Shown piece after piece: positions 22,928-33,250 of a stretch of DNA of 64,000 bases. The notes below the pieces were generated by a model. That model saw only the letters and a program-made list of their open reading frames with translations. It was not told where the DNA came from and searched no databases. Source of the stretch: Vulcanimicrobiota bacterium. Lineage in GTDB: Bacteria; Vulcanimicrobiota; Vulcanimicrobiia; Vulcanimicrobiales; Vulcanimicrobiaceae. Both the position numbers and the translations under genes were made by a program. Each line of letters opens with the position of its first letter. Position 1 is the first letter of the stretch. The stretch is from positions 768,001 through 832,000 of the forward strand of contig CAWCIZ010000003.1 of assembly GCA_963795855.1 (NCBI GenBank), written 5' to 3'.

Positions 22928-25900
22928 ATGCCAAAAACAAGACTCAGGCATGCGTTCGTGGCCGCAACGATCATGCTGGCGATGCTTGCCCAGGGAACAT
23001 GGGCACTGGCGGGCACCACCGGTACCGTTTCGGGCACGCTGACTGACAGCACGACCGGCAAGGCTATCGCTAACGCGAAAATCACTGCCGTGTCGCCGTC
23101 GCAGTCCGCGGATACCACGACCGATGCAGGAGGGCATTTCGGCTTTCTGGCTCTCGCCCCGGACACGTATACCGTGTCGGCAGAGAAGGACGGCTATGCC
23201 CCAGTCTCCACGGCGGGCGTAACGGTCTTCGCAGACCAAAGCCAAACCGTGGCACTGAGCACCCACCCCGAACTCAAAACCATCGCTCGCGTCACTTCGC
23301 GTGCCGCGGGCAACCTCGTGAAACCCGGCGTCACGGCTGACACGTACAGCGTGAACAGCGCCGGCGCTCAGGCGGCTGCGGCCCTCGGCGGCGGCGGCAA
23401 CCTGGACAGCGCCTACTCGGCAATCGCGTCCGTTCCGGGCGTGAACGTGCCGATCGGCGGTGCGGGCTGGAACAACAACGCGGTATTCATCCGCGGCAAC
23501 CAGTCCTTCTTCACGAGCTTCGAATATGACGGCGTCCCCGTCAACCGCGCGTTCGACAACTACAACTCCTCGACCGAGTCCAATCTCGGGCTTCAGGAGC
23601 TGCAGGTGTACACGGGCGGCGGTCCGGCCTCCAATTCGTCGGCCGGCACCTCGGGCTTCGTCAACCAAGTCATCAAGACCGGTACGTATCCGGGCTTCGG
23701 CAGCCTCAACGGCGGCATCGGAACCCCGGCGTACTATCACTCGGCGCGTGTTGAAACCGGCGGCGCAACGCCCAACCGGAACTTCAGTCTACTACGTCGG
23801 CATCAGCGGATACAACCAGGGCTTCCGCTACCTCGATCAGAGCGACGCGGCCTCGCTGTTCCAGCCGGGCGGCACGTTCGACTTCTTCCCGCAGTGGACG
23901 ACCATCGTCGGCGCGACCGGCACCAACGGCCGCGGCGTATGGCCGCTCTGTAATCCCGGAACGAACGTCAGCTCGATCGATCCGGCCAACCCCGTCTACG
24001 GATTCAACGGCGGCGGCAGAGGCTCGTATGCGGGTCAGTGCTTCATCGACACTCCCGCGGCAGCGCTGTTCGGCAATCTGGCCAGCATCGCCGACCGCGA
24101 AGACGTCGTGAACCTGCACTTCGGCATTCCGCATCGCAACGGCCAGCGCGACGACCTCCAGCTTCTCTGGAGCGCATCGGCAATGGATACGGCGTACTAC
24201 AGCAGCCCGAATGATGCCGGCGGCCTTGCCGCTTACACGCTCGCGGTTACCGGCTCGCCGTACGATCCGGTTGCGAACTACCCGAGCTACATCGACGCGA
24301 CGCAAGACTACAACGTACCGTTCGGAACCAACATCCAGCCGGGTGGGACGCCGTTGCCGACGATGCAGTACTTCCAGCCCTCGAGCCCCTCGAACCGTGA
24401 GGCGCTCGCGCAGGTCCCGGCCGATCGCCGTGACACAATTCACAACGACACCGGCGTCATCAAAGCTCAATACACGAAATCGCTCGGTTCGAACGCGTAT
24501 GCCCGCTTATTCGGCTATACGTTCTTCTCCGACTGGACGCAAGCGGGCGCGAATATGGCGTTCAATTGCTACGTCTGGGGCATCGGCGGTCCGAATGACT
24601 GCGGCGTCGCGCAGAACTACGACCTGATCACGCACACGGGCGGTGGCGAGCTGCAGTTGGCAGACCAGCTGACGGCAAAGCACTTGCTCCAATTCACGGC
24701 CAACTACACCACCGCAACGGTATCCCGCTTCAACAACTCGGGCTACATCTTCGATAGCCCCTTTGTGTACGGCGGTTCGTTCGTCGGTTTGGTTAGCCAA
24801 AACAACGGCACGTACACGTGTTACGATCCGTCGACCGGATCGAACGTCGACGCAAGCGGCAATCCGATTGGATGCCGCCCCGGCAGCGGTTCTCCGTTCT
24901 GGAGCGTCGCTGGTGCGGGTCCGTATCCGACTCCTCCCGCGGGCTCACCGGCGGCGGTGAACGGTGCGCAGTGGATCTCGCTGCAAAACGGCTCGACCTA
25001 CGGGACGTACAATACGGTCAAACCGAAGTTCCTCTTCACCTCGCTGACCGACGAGTTCCGTCCGAACGACAAACTCGACATCAACCTCGGCCTGCGTTGG
25101 GACCGTTACCAGTACGACCTCCCGGCACTCTCACCGGGCACCGGGTTCTACGCTCAAATCGAGAGCGCGGACGTGTGCCAAAACACGACAACGGGAGCCG
25201 TTCTGACGACCCCGCTGCGTCCGGGTCAAGCCCCGCCGGCGCCGGTGTTCTACACCGCCGACTGCACGCACGACCAAAACGGCGCTCCGCTGACCGGCTA
25301 TGCACATCCGTCGTTCAGCGCGACCTCGCCGTCGACGTACCTGCTGCAGGCGCTTTCACCGCGTGTCTCGTTCAGTTACACCATGGACCCGAGCACCGTC
25401 GTTCGCGGCGAAATCGGGCGCTATACGGAACCGCCGATTTCGGCGTCTCTGCAGTACCTCAACAGCTCCGGTAATGCGCTGACCGTGTGGAACGCAACGC
25501 TTCCGCTCGGCTTCAACTCGCCGTTCCATCCCATTCCGCTGATGTCGGCTATTCAGTCCGACCTCTCCTTGGAACATCAGTTCCACGGAACGGATATCAC
25601 GGCGAAAATCAGCCCGTTCTTCAACTGGACGAGCGGATACCAACAGCAGGCCTTCATCGGCCCGAACTTCGTGACGCAGGTCCCGGTCGGGTCGTTCCGG
25701 AGCTACGGCGTCGAAGCCTGCCCTTAGCAAGGGCGACTTCAACCGGGAAGGTCTTTCCGGCCAGGCCGCGCTCACGTATACGGATGCAAAGGTTCGCTAC
25801 GAGAGCACATTCTTCGGCAAGAACCAAGTCGCGGATGCCAACGCAGCAATCTCTCAGTTCAATTCGCTGACGAGTGCGGGCGGCGGCGCTCCGTGTTACA

Positions 25901-26733
25901 CGGAGTACGATCCGACCAACACTACCAATCCTGCAGGGCAGCCGACGTCGTGCAGCAATCCGCACGTAGTTACGAATCCGTACTACAACATGGCGCAGCA
26001 GTCGCTGCTCGATCCGTCGGGCTGGTATGCCCCGGGCGGCACCGGCCTCTCGCCAACGAATAACACGACGACGGGATACTTCGACGCGCCGCTCATCGGT
26101 TCGTTGATCCTCAACTACAAGCATAACAACTGGGCCATCACGCCGAGCTTCCAGGTCTCTGAAGGCTCCTCGTATGGCGGACCTTACGACACGACGGGTC
26201 TCGACCCGCGCGCTTGTCAGTTGAACTCGGCCGACGCCGGCATCACCGCCGTCTCGCCGACGACCAACCCCAACCAGTGCGACTATCTGGCGCTGCGCTC
26301 GGGCAACATCTCGCCCTCGCCGGTTGCCGGACAGTTGTTCGTGCCGAATCCACAGACGGGCTTGTTTGCGAAGCCGGGTCAGTTCCGCGATCCGTGGATC
26401 GCGACGTTGAACCTGCAACTTCGCTACGACATCTCGCCGAAGGTAACGGCACTCGCGACGCTCGCCGACATCTGGCACAGATGCTTCGGCGGCAGCAGCG
26501 AACCGTGGACCAAAGCGCCGTATGCGCCTAGCGCAAACGTCTGCAACTACGGTTCGAACTTCAGCTACGTCAGCAACTTCTACAACGGAACCAGCCCCGC
26601 TGACGCAGCTGCGAACGGTGCCGCGGCTCAGTATTGGATTCAGCAATCCTATACGCCGAGTCTGTTCGGGTCGGCCGGCAACGGTAACCCGTGGCCGTTC
26701 AACGCCTACTTCCAACTCCAGATCAAGCTCTAG
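22928..26733 (+). CDS. Second paralogous TonB-dependent receptor-like protein; frameshifts ~23787 and ~25720
   Basis: Same MLAQGTWALAGTTG N-terminus and conserved blocks as 19059-22745, spread over ORFs 22928, 23460 and 25990. Confidence 0.78.
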
Positions 26734-26766
26734 GTTCGCTAGCGCGAGATTCCTGGAAACGGAGCG

Positions 26767-26800
26767 GAGCGCCCCTGCAACGCAGGGGCGCTCTTTTTTT
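26767..26800 (+). terminator. Intrinsic terminator
   Basis: GAGCGCCCCTGC-AAC-GCAGGGGCGCTC + T run. Confidence 0.85.
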
Positions 26801-26819
26801 CTGCCGCATGTTGCAGCGG

Positions 26820-27029
26820 ATGAAAGCCGGTTATCTGTGCGAGGATTGCGAGATTGCGATTTGGCCGACGACGACGCGTTCGGAACTGTCGTGGCTCAAA
26901 GATCGCATCCACGTCGTGCGCGAAGTCGCGAAACATTCGCACGGCGGACTCGAGGGGTGGATGACGGAGGGGCTGGATTTTCTGAACGATCACTCCGGCC
27001 ACAGCGTGATCCTGGTCACGAAGAAATGA
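26820..27029 (+). CDS. Small hypothetical protein, possible zinc-binding
   Basis: MKAGYLCEDCE...HSGH; CxxC plus His pair; start 26808 or 26820. Confidence 0.55.
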   Translation: MKAGYLCEDCEIAIWPTTTRSELSWLKDRIHVVREVAKHSHGGLEGWMTEGLDFLNDHSGHSVILVTKK

Positions 27030-27033
27030 GCGG

Positions 27034-27522
27034 TTAGTCTCCTTCGGGTTCGTTTTGCCGCTTCTCAGCCTCGAGCAGCACCTCGAGTTCGGGAAGGACG
27101 AGCTGGTCCTTGACGCGATTCGCCGCTTTCTTTGCTCGAATCAGCCCTTCGAGCGAGAGCACGAGGACGTCACGCTCGTACAGCGCCATCGTTTGCGCGA
27201 AATTTTTGATTTCCGCGTAGTTGAAAAAACCGCCGACGTGAGCCAAAATGTCGACGTTGCCCGCATCTGTTTTTAGCGTGAAATTGCCCCCGTTATACAG
27301 CGTGTGCTCATCGAACGGGAATGCGATGGCCTCATCCGTGCCGGGAACGCGCAGTTTCGGATTCAGCGGCCTCAATGCTTGCACGAGTTTCGCGATGTTC
27401 TCGCGAGTGTGCGCATAGGCGATGTCAAAGTCTTCCGTTCTGTATGCCGAGCCTTGCGCCGCCAGCGCAACTCCGCCGATGATGACGAAGTCGATCGCGT
27501 TATCGGTTAGAGCCTCTACCAA
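27034..27522 (-). CDS. Nucleotidyltransferase-fold protein
   Basis: FVIIGGVA..QGS.YRTEDFDI (GG...DxD) and LIRAKKAANRVKD. Confidence 0.75.
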   Translation of the reverse strand: MVEALTDNAIDFVIIGGVALAAQGSAYRTEDFDIAYAHTRENIAKLVQALRPLNPKLRVPGTDEAIAFPFDEHTLYNGGNFTLKTDAGNVDILAHVGGFFNYAEIKNFAQTMALYERDVLVLSLEGLIRAKKAANRVKDQLVLPELEVLLEAEKRQNEPEGD

Positions 27523-27529
27523 GACGCGA

Positions 27530-27718
27530 TTATTGTCGACGATGACGGTGGGCCTTTCTCAGCTCCTTCGTGAAGGCCAGACTCTCCGACAATCGCTGCA
27601 AACGTTCGGTGGGCGTCAAGGCGAGATTCTGCTCAGTCAGCGTGAGATCGATGCCGAACTCCCTCGCTCGTTTTACGGCGTTGCTATCGCCCAAATCTGC
27701 AATCGTGATGCGTTTCAT
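27530..27718 (-). CDS. Small partner protein of the nucleotidyltransferase (putative antitoxin)
   Basis: 62 aa GIDLTL..NLALTPTERL; immediately upstream of NTase; TAGAAT -10 upstream. Confidence 0.55.
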   Translation of the reverse strand: MKRITIADLGDSNAVKRAREFGIDLTLTEQNLALTPTERLQRLSESLAFTKELRKAHRHRRQ

Positions 27719-27761
27719 TTCGTGTCCTGTCCGTGATTCTAACATGGGTTGTATGCAAAGA

Positions 27762-27790
27762 AAAAAGACCGCGGGAGGGGCGGTCTTTTT
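27762..27790. terminator. Hairpin terminator downstream of LysM gene
   Basis: AAAAAGACCGC-loop-GCGGTCTTTTT. Confidence 0.75.
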
Positions 27791-27813
27791 CTGTTCCGTC
27801 GAATGACGAAAAA

Positions 27814-28110
27814 CTACATCGGAACGCGCAGCCGTTGACCCGGCTCTATCGAAGGTCCGGCGAGATGGTTCACCTCGCTGATGCGATCGATCGTGTCTTG
27901 CACGTCGCCGGCGCTCGCCGTGTGCGCGGATGCGATGCTCCATAGCGTATCGCCCGGACGCACGACGACCGTTGCGTAATGCTGCGGCGTCGCGGCGTAG
28001 AGATGCATGCTCGAAAGCGCCGGAACCGTTACCATCAAGCTGAGCGCGGCCAGCGTGATAATCGGCATCAAGGTGAATCGTCTGCGCTTGCCCACCGTCG
28101 TACTCCTCAC
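27814..28110 (-). CDS. LysM membrane protein, YneA-like SOS cell-division inhibitor
   Basis: TM helix + VVRPGDTLWSIA...IEPGQRLRVP; divergent from lexA. Confidence 0.78.
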   Translation of the reverse strand: MRSTTVGKRRRFTLMPIITLAALSLMVTVPALSSMHLYAATPQHYATVVVRPGDTLWSIASAHTASAGDVQDTIDRISEVNHLAGPSIEPGQRLRVPM

Positions 28111-28122
28111 TATATGTTGGGC

Positions 28123-28239
28123 CGAACGTCCGTTTGGTTCACTAGCGTTCCTATATGTTGGGCCAAACGCCTGTTCGTCCCCTAGATTTTACCATAGCCG
28201 CTTCGAGCGCTGTCAATAGGTGTCTCGAACATATGTTTG
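28123..28239. promoter_or_regulatory. Three LexA (SOS/Cheo-type) boxes
   Basis: CGAACGTCCGTTTG (28123-28136), CAAACGCCTGTTCG (28164-28177), CGAACATATGTTTG (28226-28239). Confidence 0.8.
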
Positions 28240-28320
28240 CCTTACCGGCCGTTTTATGCTACGGTTGTAAAGCGAACGCATGCCATACGCATGGCATTTT
28301 TTTTGTAGCGGGGAGGACCG

Positions 28321-28929
28321 ATGGAACAGACTACAGAGCGTCAGCAGCGCATTCTCGAGGTGATACGCCAGTTTACGGCCGAGCGCGGCTATCCGCCGTC
28401 CGTGCGCGAGATCGGGGAGCGCGTCGGGCTTTCGTCCTCGTCGACGATTCATGCCCACCTCAAGACGTTGGAGCGGCACGGCCTTATCAGCCGCGACCCC
28501 ACCAAACCTCGCGCCTTGCGCAGCGAGTTCCCCTCGGGCGGCTCACCGGCGCCGGCCACGGTCGTCATGCCGGTCATCGGCAAAGTTGCAGCCGGCGTGC
28601 CGATTACTGCGCAAGAAAACGTCGAGGGCGAGTTCGTGCTGCCGGCCTCGTTCGCGCGCGGATCGGAAAACTTCATGCTGCGCGTCCAGGGCGACTCGAT
28701 GGTCGATGCCGCAATTCTCGACGGCGATCTCATCCTCGTGCGTCCGCAGCGCAGCGCGAACAATGGTGAAATCGTCGTGGCGATGCTCGACGGTGAAGCG
28801 ACCGTAAAACGCTTCTACAAAGAAGACGGCCGCGTACGCCTGCAGCCGGAGAATACGGCGATGGAGCCAATCTACTCCACCGATGTCACTGTCGTCGGCC
28901 GCGTCGAGGCCGTGGTTCGCAAGCTGTAA
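28321..28929 (+). CDS. lexA: SOS repressor LexA
   Basis: GYPPSVREIG HTH, VAAGVP cleavage site, GDSM serine, ATVKR lysine. Confidence 0.95.
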   Translation: MEQTTERQQRILEVIRQFTAERGYPPSVREIGERVGLSSSSTIHAHLKTLERHGLISRDPTKPRALRSEFPSGGSPAPATVVMPVIGKVAAGVPITAQENVEGEFVLPASFARGSENFMLRVQGDSMVDAAILDGDLILVRPQRSANNGEIVVAMLDGEATVKRFYKEDGRVRLQPENTAMEPIYSTDVTVVGRVEAVVRKL

Positions 28930-28951
28930 GAGCATCGCCGACGCGCCGTCC

Positions 28952-30066
28952 ATGGCGGCGGTGCGCGAGGCGTTGCCGTGGAGCCTAGCCGGACTCGTTG
29001 CCGGCCTCATCGGCTTCATGGTGGTCGTGCCGGTGCACGGTTCGTTTTTCGGCAGCCTGCTGCGGCGCATTTCGCTTGCAGAGCTGCCCGCCTTCGGCGT
29101 TATGGCATTCGCGCTCGCCGGCATTTTGCCGTACCGTTTGGCGGTCCATCTGCGGCTCGCGCGATTCGTCGTGGTAACTGCTGCAATGCTGACGTTCCTC
29201 CTTGCGCTTCCGCGTTCGATCGCGCTTTCCGACCCGCTCGCATACTTGCACCGCATCGGCGAGAGCGGATTGTTTTTGGCGATCATCGTTGCACTCGCGG
29301 TCGTCGGCGCGTGCGCCGGTGTGCGTCGTTTCGTGGACTCTCCGGTTCTCGCCGACGTGCTCGGATCGAGTATCGTCGTGGCCGCCGCCGCCGCGCTCTT
29401 CGCGGCGCATTTCTCGCTCGGCAACGAACTAATCGGCGCGCTCGCGCCGCTGGGAAAGCTCGGTGACACGTATCTCGCTCTGCTGATCATCACCGTGGCC
29501 GAAACGCTGCTGTGGACGATCGGCATTCACGGCCCCGCTACGCTCGCGGCGATCGTAACGCCGGTGTATCTCACGCTGCAGTTCCAGAATACGGATGCGT
29601 TCAGTCATCACCGGCCGCTGCCGCACATCGTCGTCGTCTCGCTGTTTTTGTTCGTTTTTCCCGGGGGCGCCGGCGCGACGCTTCCGCTCGCCGGGCTCCT
29701 CGCGCTCAGCAAAGTGGATCGTTTGCGAAAGATCGGGCGCTTGACGATCGTTCCGTCGATCTTCAATATCAACGAGCCGCTGATCTTCGGGCTGCCGCTC
29801 GTGCTCAATCCGTTTTTGGCGGTTCCGTTCACGGTCGTGCCGGTCGTCCTCGCGACGGTCACCTATCTTGCCGTTGCTCACGGCTCGTCGCTCGGCCGGC
29901 CTTGTACATCCCGTCGAGCCTGCCGAGTTTTATCTCCACGTACCTTGCGACGTTCGACGTGCGCGCGATTGCGCTGGTTGCCGCAAACATCGCCATCGCG
30001 ACGATCATCTACATTCCGTTCGTACGCGCGTACGAAGCGCACGAACGCGCGCCGGCCGCCGGATGA
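28952..30066 (+). CDS. PTS EIIC-like (cellobiose/lactose family) permease; frameshift ~29885; start uncertain
   Basis: LWTIGIHG, GGAGATLPL, PSIFNINEPLIFGLPLVLNP, IYIPFVRAYE. Confidence 0.75.
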
Positions 30067-31343
30067 TCGTCCACTCGTTGTGCGCGCGCTTCGGCATCGA
30101 CGGTGCCGTGCGCGAGGCCGCACTGCGCGCCGAAGAGCGCGTGCGGGACGTGCGGTACGATGCGCAAACCCGCGTGAAGGCGAACGTGATCGCGGCGTTT
30201 CTCGATGAAGGAGTGAACGAGAGCGACTTCGCCGGCTCGACCGGGTACGGCTACGACGATGCCGCGCGAGAACGGTACGAGTCGCTGCTTGCGCGCATCT
30301 TCGGTTGCGAACGCGCGCTCGCGCGCCTTTCATTCGTAAGCGGCACGCATGCGATCGTTACGGCGCTCGCGGCGTGCGTCCCGCCGGGCAAAACACTGCT
30401 GAGCATTACCGGCCGTCCCTACGATACGCTGCGCAATGCGATAATGCAGGCGCCGCACAATTTGCTATCCGCGGGCGTCGGCTATTGCGAAGTGATGCTC
30501 GCGCGCACGCCGTCTGCGCACGACGATGCGTTCGATCTCGACGCGATAGCGGCGGCGCTTGCGGATCCCGCCGTCGCCGCCGTATTCGTTCAGCGATCGC
30601 GCGGCTACGCGCCGCGTCCCTCCGTGAACGTCGCCGCATGCGAACGCGCGTTTGCGTTCGTGAAATCGCTGCGCCCCGACGTCGTCATTCTCGTCGACAA
30701 CTGCTACGGCGAGCTCGTCGAAGAGCAAGAGCCGACGCACGCCGGAGCCGATCTCGTCATGGGCTCGCTGATCAAGAACTTGGGCGGTACGCTGGCGCCG
30801 GCGGGGGGCTACGTGGCGGGTCGCGCGGGCTTGGTAGAACGCGTCGCAGCGCGCCTGTATGCGCCGGGTTTGGGAGATGCCCTCGGGCCGACGCTCGGCT
30901 TGGGCCGCGCGTTCATCCAAGGGCTGTTTCTCGCGCCGCTCGTCGTCGAACAAGCGCTGCGCGGGCTCGACTTCGCATCCGCACTCTTCGCCGAACTCGG
31001 TTATCCCGTCGATCCACAGCCGGGCTGCCGCCGAACTGACATCGTGCAGGCCATTCGGCTCGGCGATCCCGATCGGCTCATCCGCTTTTCGCAAGCGTTA
31101 CAAAGTGCGATGCCGGTGAATGCGCGCTTTCGTCCCGAACCAGGCGCCGTCCCCGGCTATGTGGATAAGGTGATCATGTCGAGCGGCGCGTTCGTAGGCG
31201 GCGCCACTATCGAACTCTCGTGCGATGCGCCGCTGCGAGAACCGTACGAAGTATATCTGCAAGGTGGTATGATCGCGGAGCACGCAATGCTCGGCGCGCT
31301 GCGAGCAGCGCAGGCATTGCCGGCAAAGGTACCTTTCAACTAG
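30063..31343 (+). CDS. PLP-dependent methionine gamma-lyase-like / aluminium-resistance family protein (YnbB-like)
   Basis: STGYGYDD, FVSGTHAI, QRSRGY, VDNCYGE, GSLIKNLGG, TIELSCDAP. Confidence 0.85.
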   Translation: MIVHSLCARFGIDGAVREAALRAEERVRDVRYDAQTRVKANVIAAFLDEGVNESDFAGSTGYGYDDAARERYESLLARIFGCERALARLSFVSGTHAIVTALAACVPPGKTLLSITGRPYDTLRNAIMQAPHNLLSAGVGYCEVMLARTPSAHDDAFDLDAIAAALADPAVAAVFVQRSRGYAPRPSVNVAACERAFAFVKSLRPDVVILVDNCYGELVEEQEPTHAGADLVMGSLIKNLGGTLAPAGGYVAGRAGLVERVAARLYAPGLGDALGPTLGLGRAFIQGLFLAPLVVEQALRGLDFASALFAELGYPVDPQPGCRRTDIVQAIRLGDPDRLIRFSQALQSAMPVNARFRPEPGAVPGYVDKVIMSSGAFVGGATIELSCDAPLREPYEVYLQGGMIAEHAMLGALRAAQALPAKVPFN

Positions 31344-31364
31344 CCACGAACGGATATTGCCGCA

Positions 31365-31731
31365 GTGACGACAGAGCAGTCCGGGTCCCCGCAGCAACGG
31401 CGCTTCTTTCGCGCCTCGGTCGACTTTCCGGTGACGGTCATCGTTCCGGGCTGCGGAGCTCGTCATGTACGGCGGCGCCGTGGATTTAAGCGGCGGCGGT
31501 TTGCGCGTCATCACCAAGAATGATTTGAGTTCGGGACAAAACGTGACGCTGCGTTTCACGCTTCCCGATAGCGGTCACGAGATGATGGTGCGCGGACGAG
31601 TCGTCTTGTCGTTCTTCGATGCCGGGAAACAGCAGTTCGCGCACGGCGTCGCGTTTACCCAAATAGCAGCGGCCGATCAAAGCGCAATCGTGGAATACAT
31701 CCACGAACTGCAGCAGCGCGCTCGCGCTTAG
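31365..31731 (+). CDS. Stand-alone PilZ-domain protein; frameshift ~31452
   Basis: QQRRFFR upstream in another frame, DLSGGG in the ORF. Confidence 0.75.
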
Positions 31732-31943
31732 TCGTTCCCGCCTTCGCCCAAAAAGCCGTAGAAGAAATATTTGTTGCCGTCGGACGTCGTGACGACGATC
31801 CGCGTTTCTTCGAGTTCGGCTGCCGTTATGGTCTTGCCGATCATCGTTTCGAGAATCGTCTGCGCTTGCAGAAATTCCGCCTCGCGCAGTGCGTCGGGCT
31901 CAACCTCGATGAGGTGCAGCAACTCGTCGATCCTATCGTTCAT
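31728..31943 (-). CDS. Small hypothetical protein
   Basis: Acidic 71-aa ORF MNDRIDELL...YFFYGFLG with plausible codon usage. Confidence 0.5.
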   Translation of the reverse strand: MNDRIDELLHLIEVEPDALREAEFLQAQTILETMIGKTITAAELEETRIVVTTSDGNKYFFYGFLGEGGND

Positions 31944-32096
31944 CCCCGCCTCAGCGCCCGGCTCGAATATCCTTAGCGTCACTTACAGAGTATCGTCCGG
32001 TGTATCAGAATTGTTAATTACCCGGGATGCGTGTCCTGCGCCGCAAAGGCCTGCGCGGTAGGGCAGCCTTGCTGCCCGCAAGAAAGTGATGCCGCC

Positions 32097-32399
32097 ATGT
32101 CCGCCTCTTATCTCTTGGAGGTCCTCAGCGGGCCCCTGGACGGAAAAACCTGGACGTTCGATGACGAGATCGTCATCGGCCGCGACGAAACGCTCGCCGA
32201 TGCGTGCATTACGCTGGACCGGTACATTTCGCGCCGCCACGCGCGGCTACGCGCGCAAGCCGGCACTTTGCTGCTCGCCGACCTGAAAAGCAGAAACGGC
32301 ACGCGGATCGACGACCGGCCGGTCAGTGACGAACAGCCGCTCGAAATCGGTGCTCCCTTTCAGGTGGGCCGGACGGTGCTGCGGGTTACCAGACGCTAA
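32097..32399 (+). CDS. FHA-domain protein
   Basis: IGR, ISRRHA, DLKSRNGT motifs. Confidence 0.85.
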   Translation: MSASYLLEVLSGPLDGKTWTFDDEIVIGRDETLADACITLDRYISRRHARLRAQAGTLLLADLKSRNGTRIDDRPVSDEQPLEIGAPFQVGRTVLRVTRR

Positions 32400-32404
32400 A
32401 AACC

Positions 32405-33250
32405 ATGCAGCTCGTGACGGCGGCTGCGCCCGCTCGAGCGGCACTTGCCGCTCTGCCGCGCCCGCTCGGATTCGTACCGACCATGGGTGCCCTCCACGCG
32501 GGACATCTCCGGCTCGTGCAGGCGGCGCGTGAACGATGCAGTGCGGTTGCCGTGAGCGTGTTCGTCAATCCGATGCAATTCGGGCCGGGCGAAGACTTCG
32601 ACCGCTACCCGCGCGACGTCGAGGCAGATCGGCGCAAGCTCGATGCGTGCGGCGTGGACGTGCTGCTGGCGCCCGACCTGGAAGCGATGTATCCGCCCGA
32701 TTTTTCTACGTCGGTCGACGTCGGCGATATGGCGAAGACGTACGAGGGCGCAATTCGTCCGGCGCATTTCCGCGGCGTCGCGACGGTCGTCGCGAAACTC
32801 CTGAACATCGTTCGCCCCGACGTGCTTTTTCTCGGCCAGAAAGACGCACAGCAGACGGCCGTGCTGCGCAAAACCGTTCGCGATCTGGATTTTCCGCTCC
32901 GCGTGGAGATCGTTCCCACCGTGCGCGAACCGGATGGGCTCGCGCTTTCGAGCCGAAACGTGTATCTTACGCCGCAGCAGCGCGCCGCGGCCCCGTCGCT
33001 GCATCTAGCGCTGGAAAGAATGCTTGCGGAATTGCGCGCGGGGAGCGATGCGAACGCTGCTCGCGGGCGCGCGCAAAACGTGCTCGACGCCTGCGCGTCG
33101 CTCGATTATCTCGACGTGGTCGACATGGACACGTTCGCACCGCAGCAGCATTTGCACGCGCCGGCGTTCGTCATCGGTGCCGCTCGTTTCGGAACGACGC
33201 GTTTGCTCGACAACTTGCTCGTCCTGGGAGATCGCGATGACGGCGTTTGA
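32405..33250 (+). CDS. panC: Pantoate-beta-alanine ligase
   Basis: VPTMGALHAGH, FVNPMQF, GQKDAQQ, GLALSSRN, TRLLDN. Confidence 0.95.
   Translation: MQLVTAAAPARAALAALPRPLGFVPTMGALHAGHLRLVQAARERCSAVAVSVFVNPMQFGPGEDFDRYPRDVEADRRKLDACGVDVLLAPDLEAMYPPDFSTSVDVGDMAKTYEGAIRPAHFRGVATVVAKLLNIVRPDVLFLGQKDAQQTAVLRKTVRDLDFPLRVEIVPTVREPDGLALSSRNVYLTPQQRAAAPSLHLALERMLAELRAGSDANAARGRAQNVLDACASLDYLDVVDMDTFAPQQHLHAPAFVIGAARFGTTRLLDNLLVLGDRDDGV

Noticed and set aside
28110..28181. Direct repeat as a CRISPR remnant
   Set aside because: Only two 14-bp copies, no cas genes; explained as duplicated LexA operator units.
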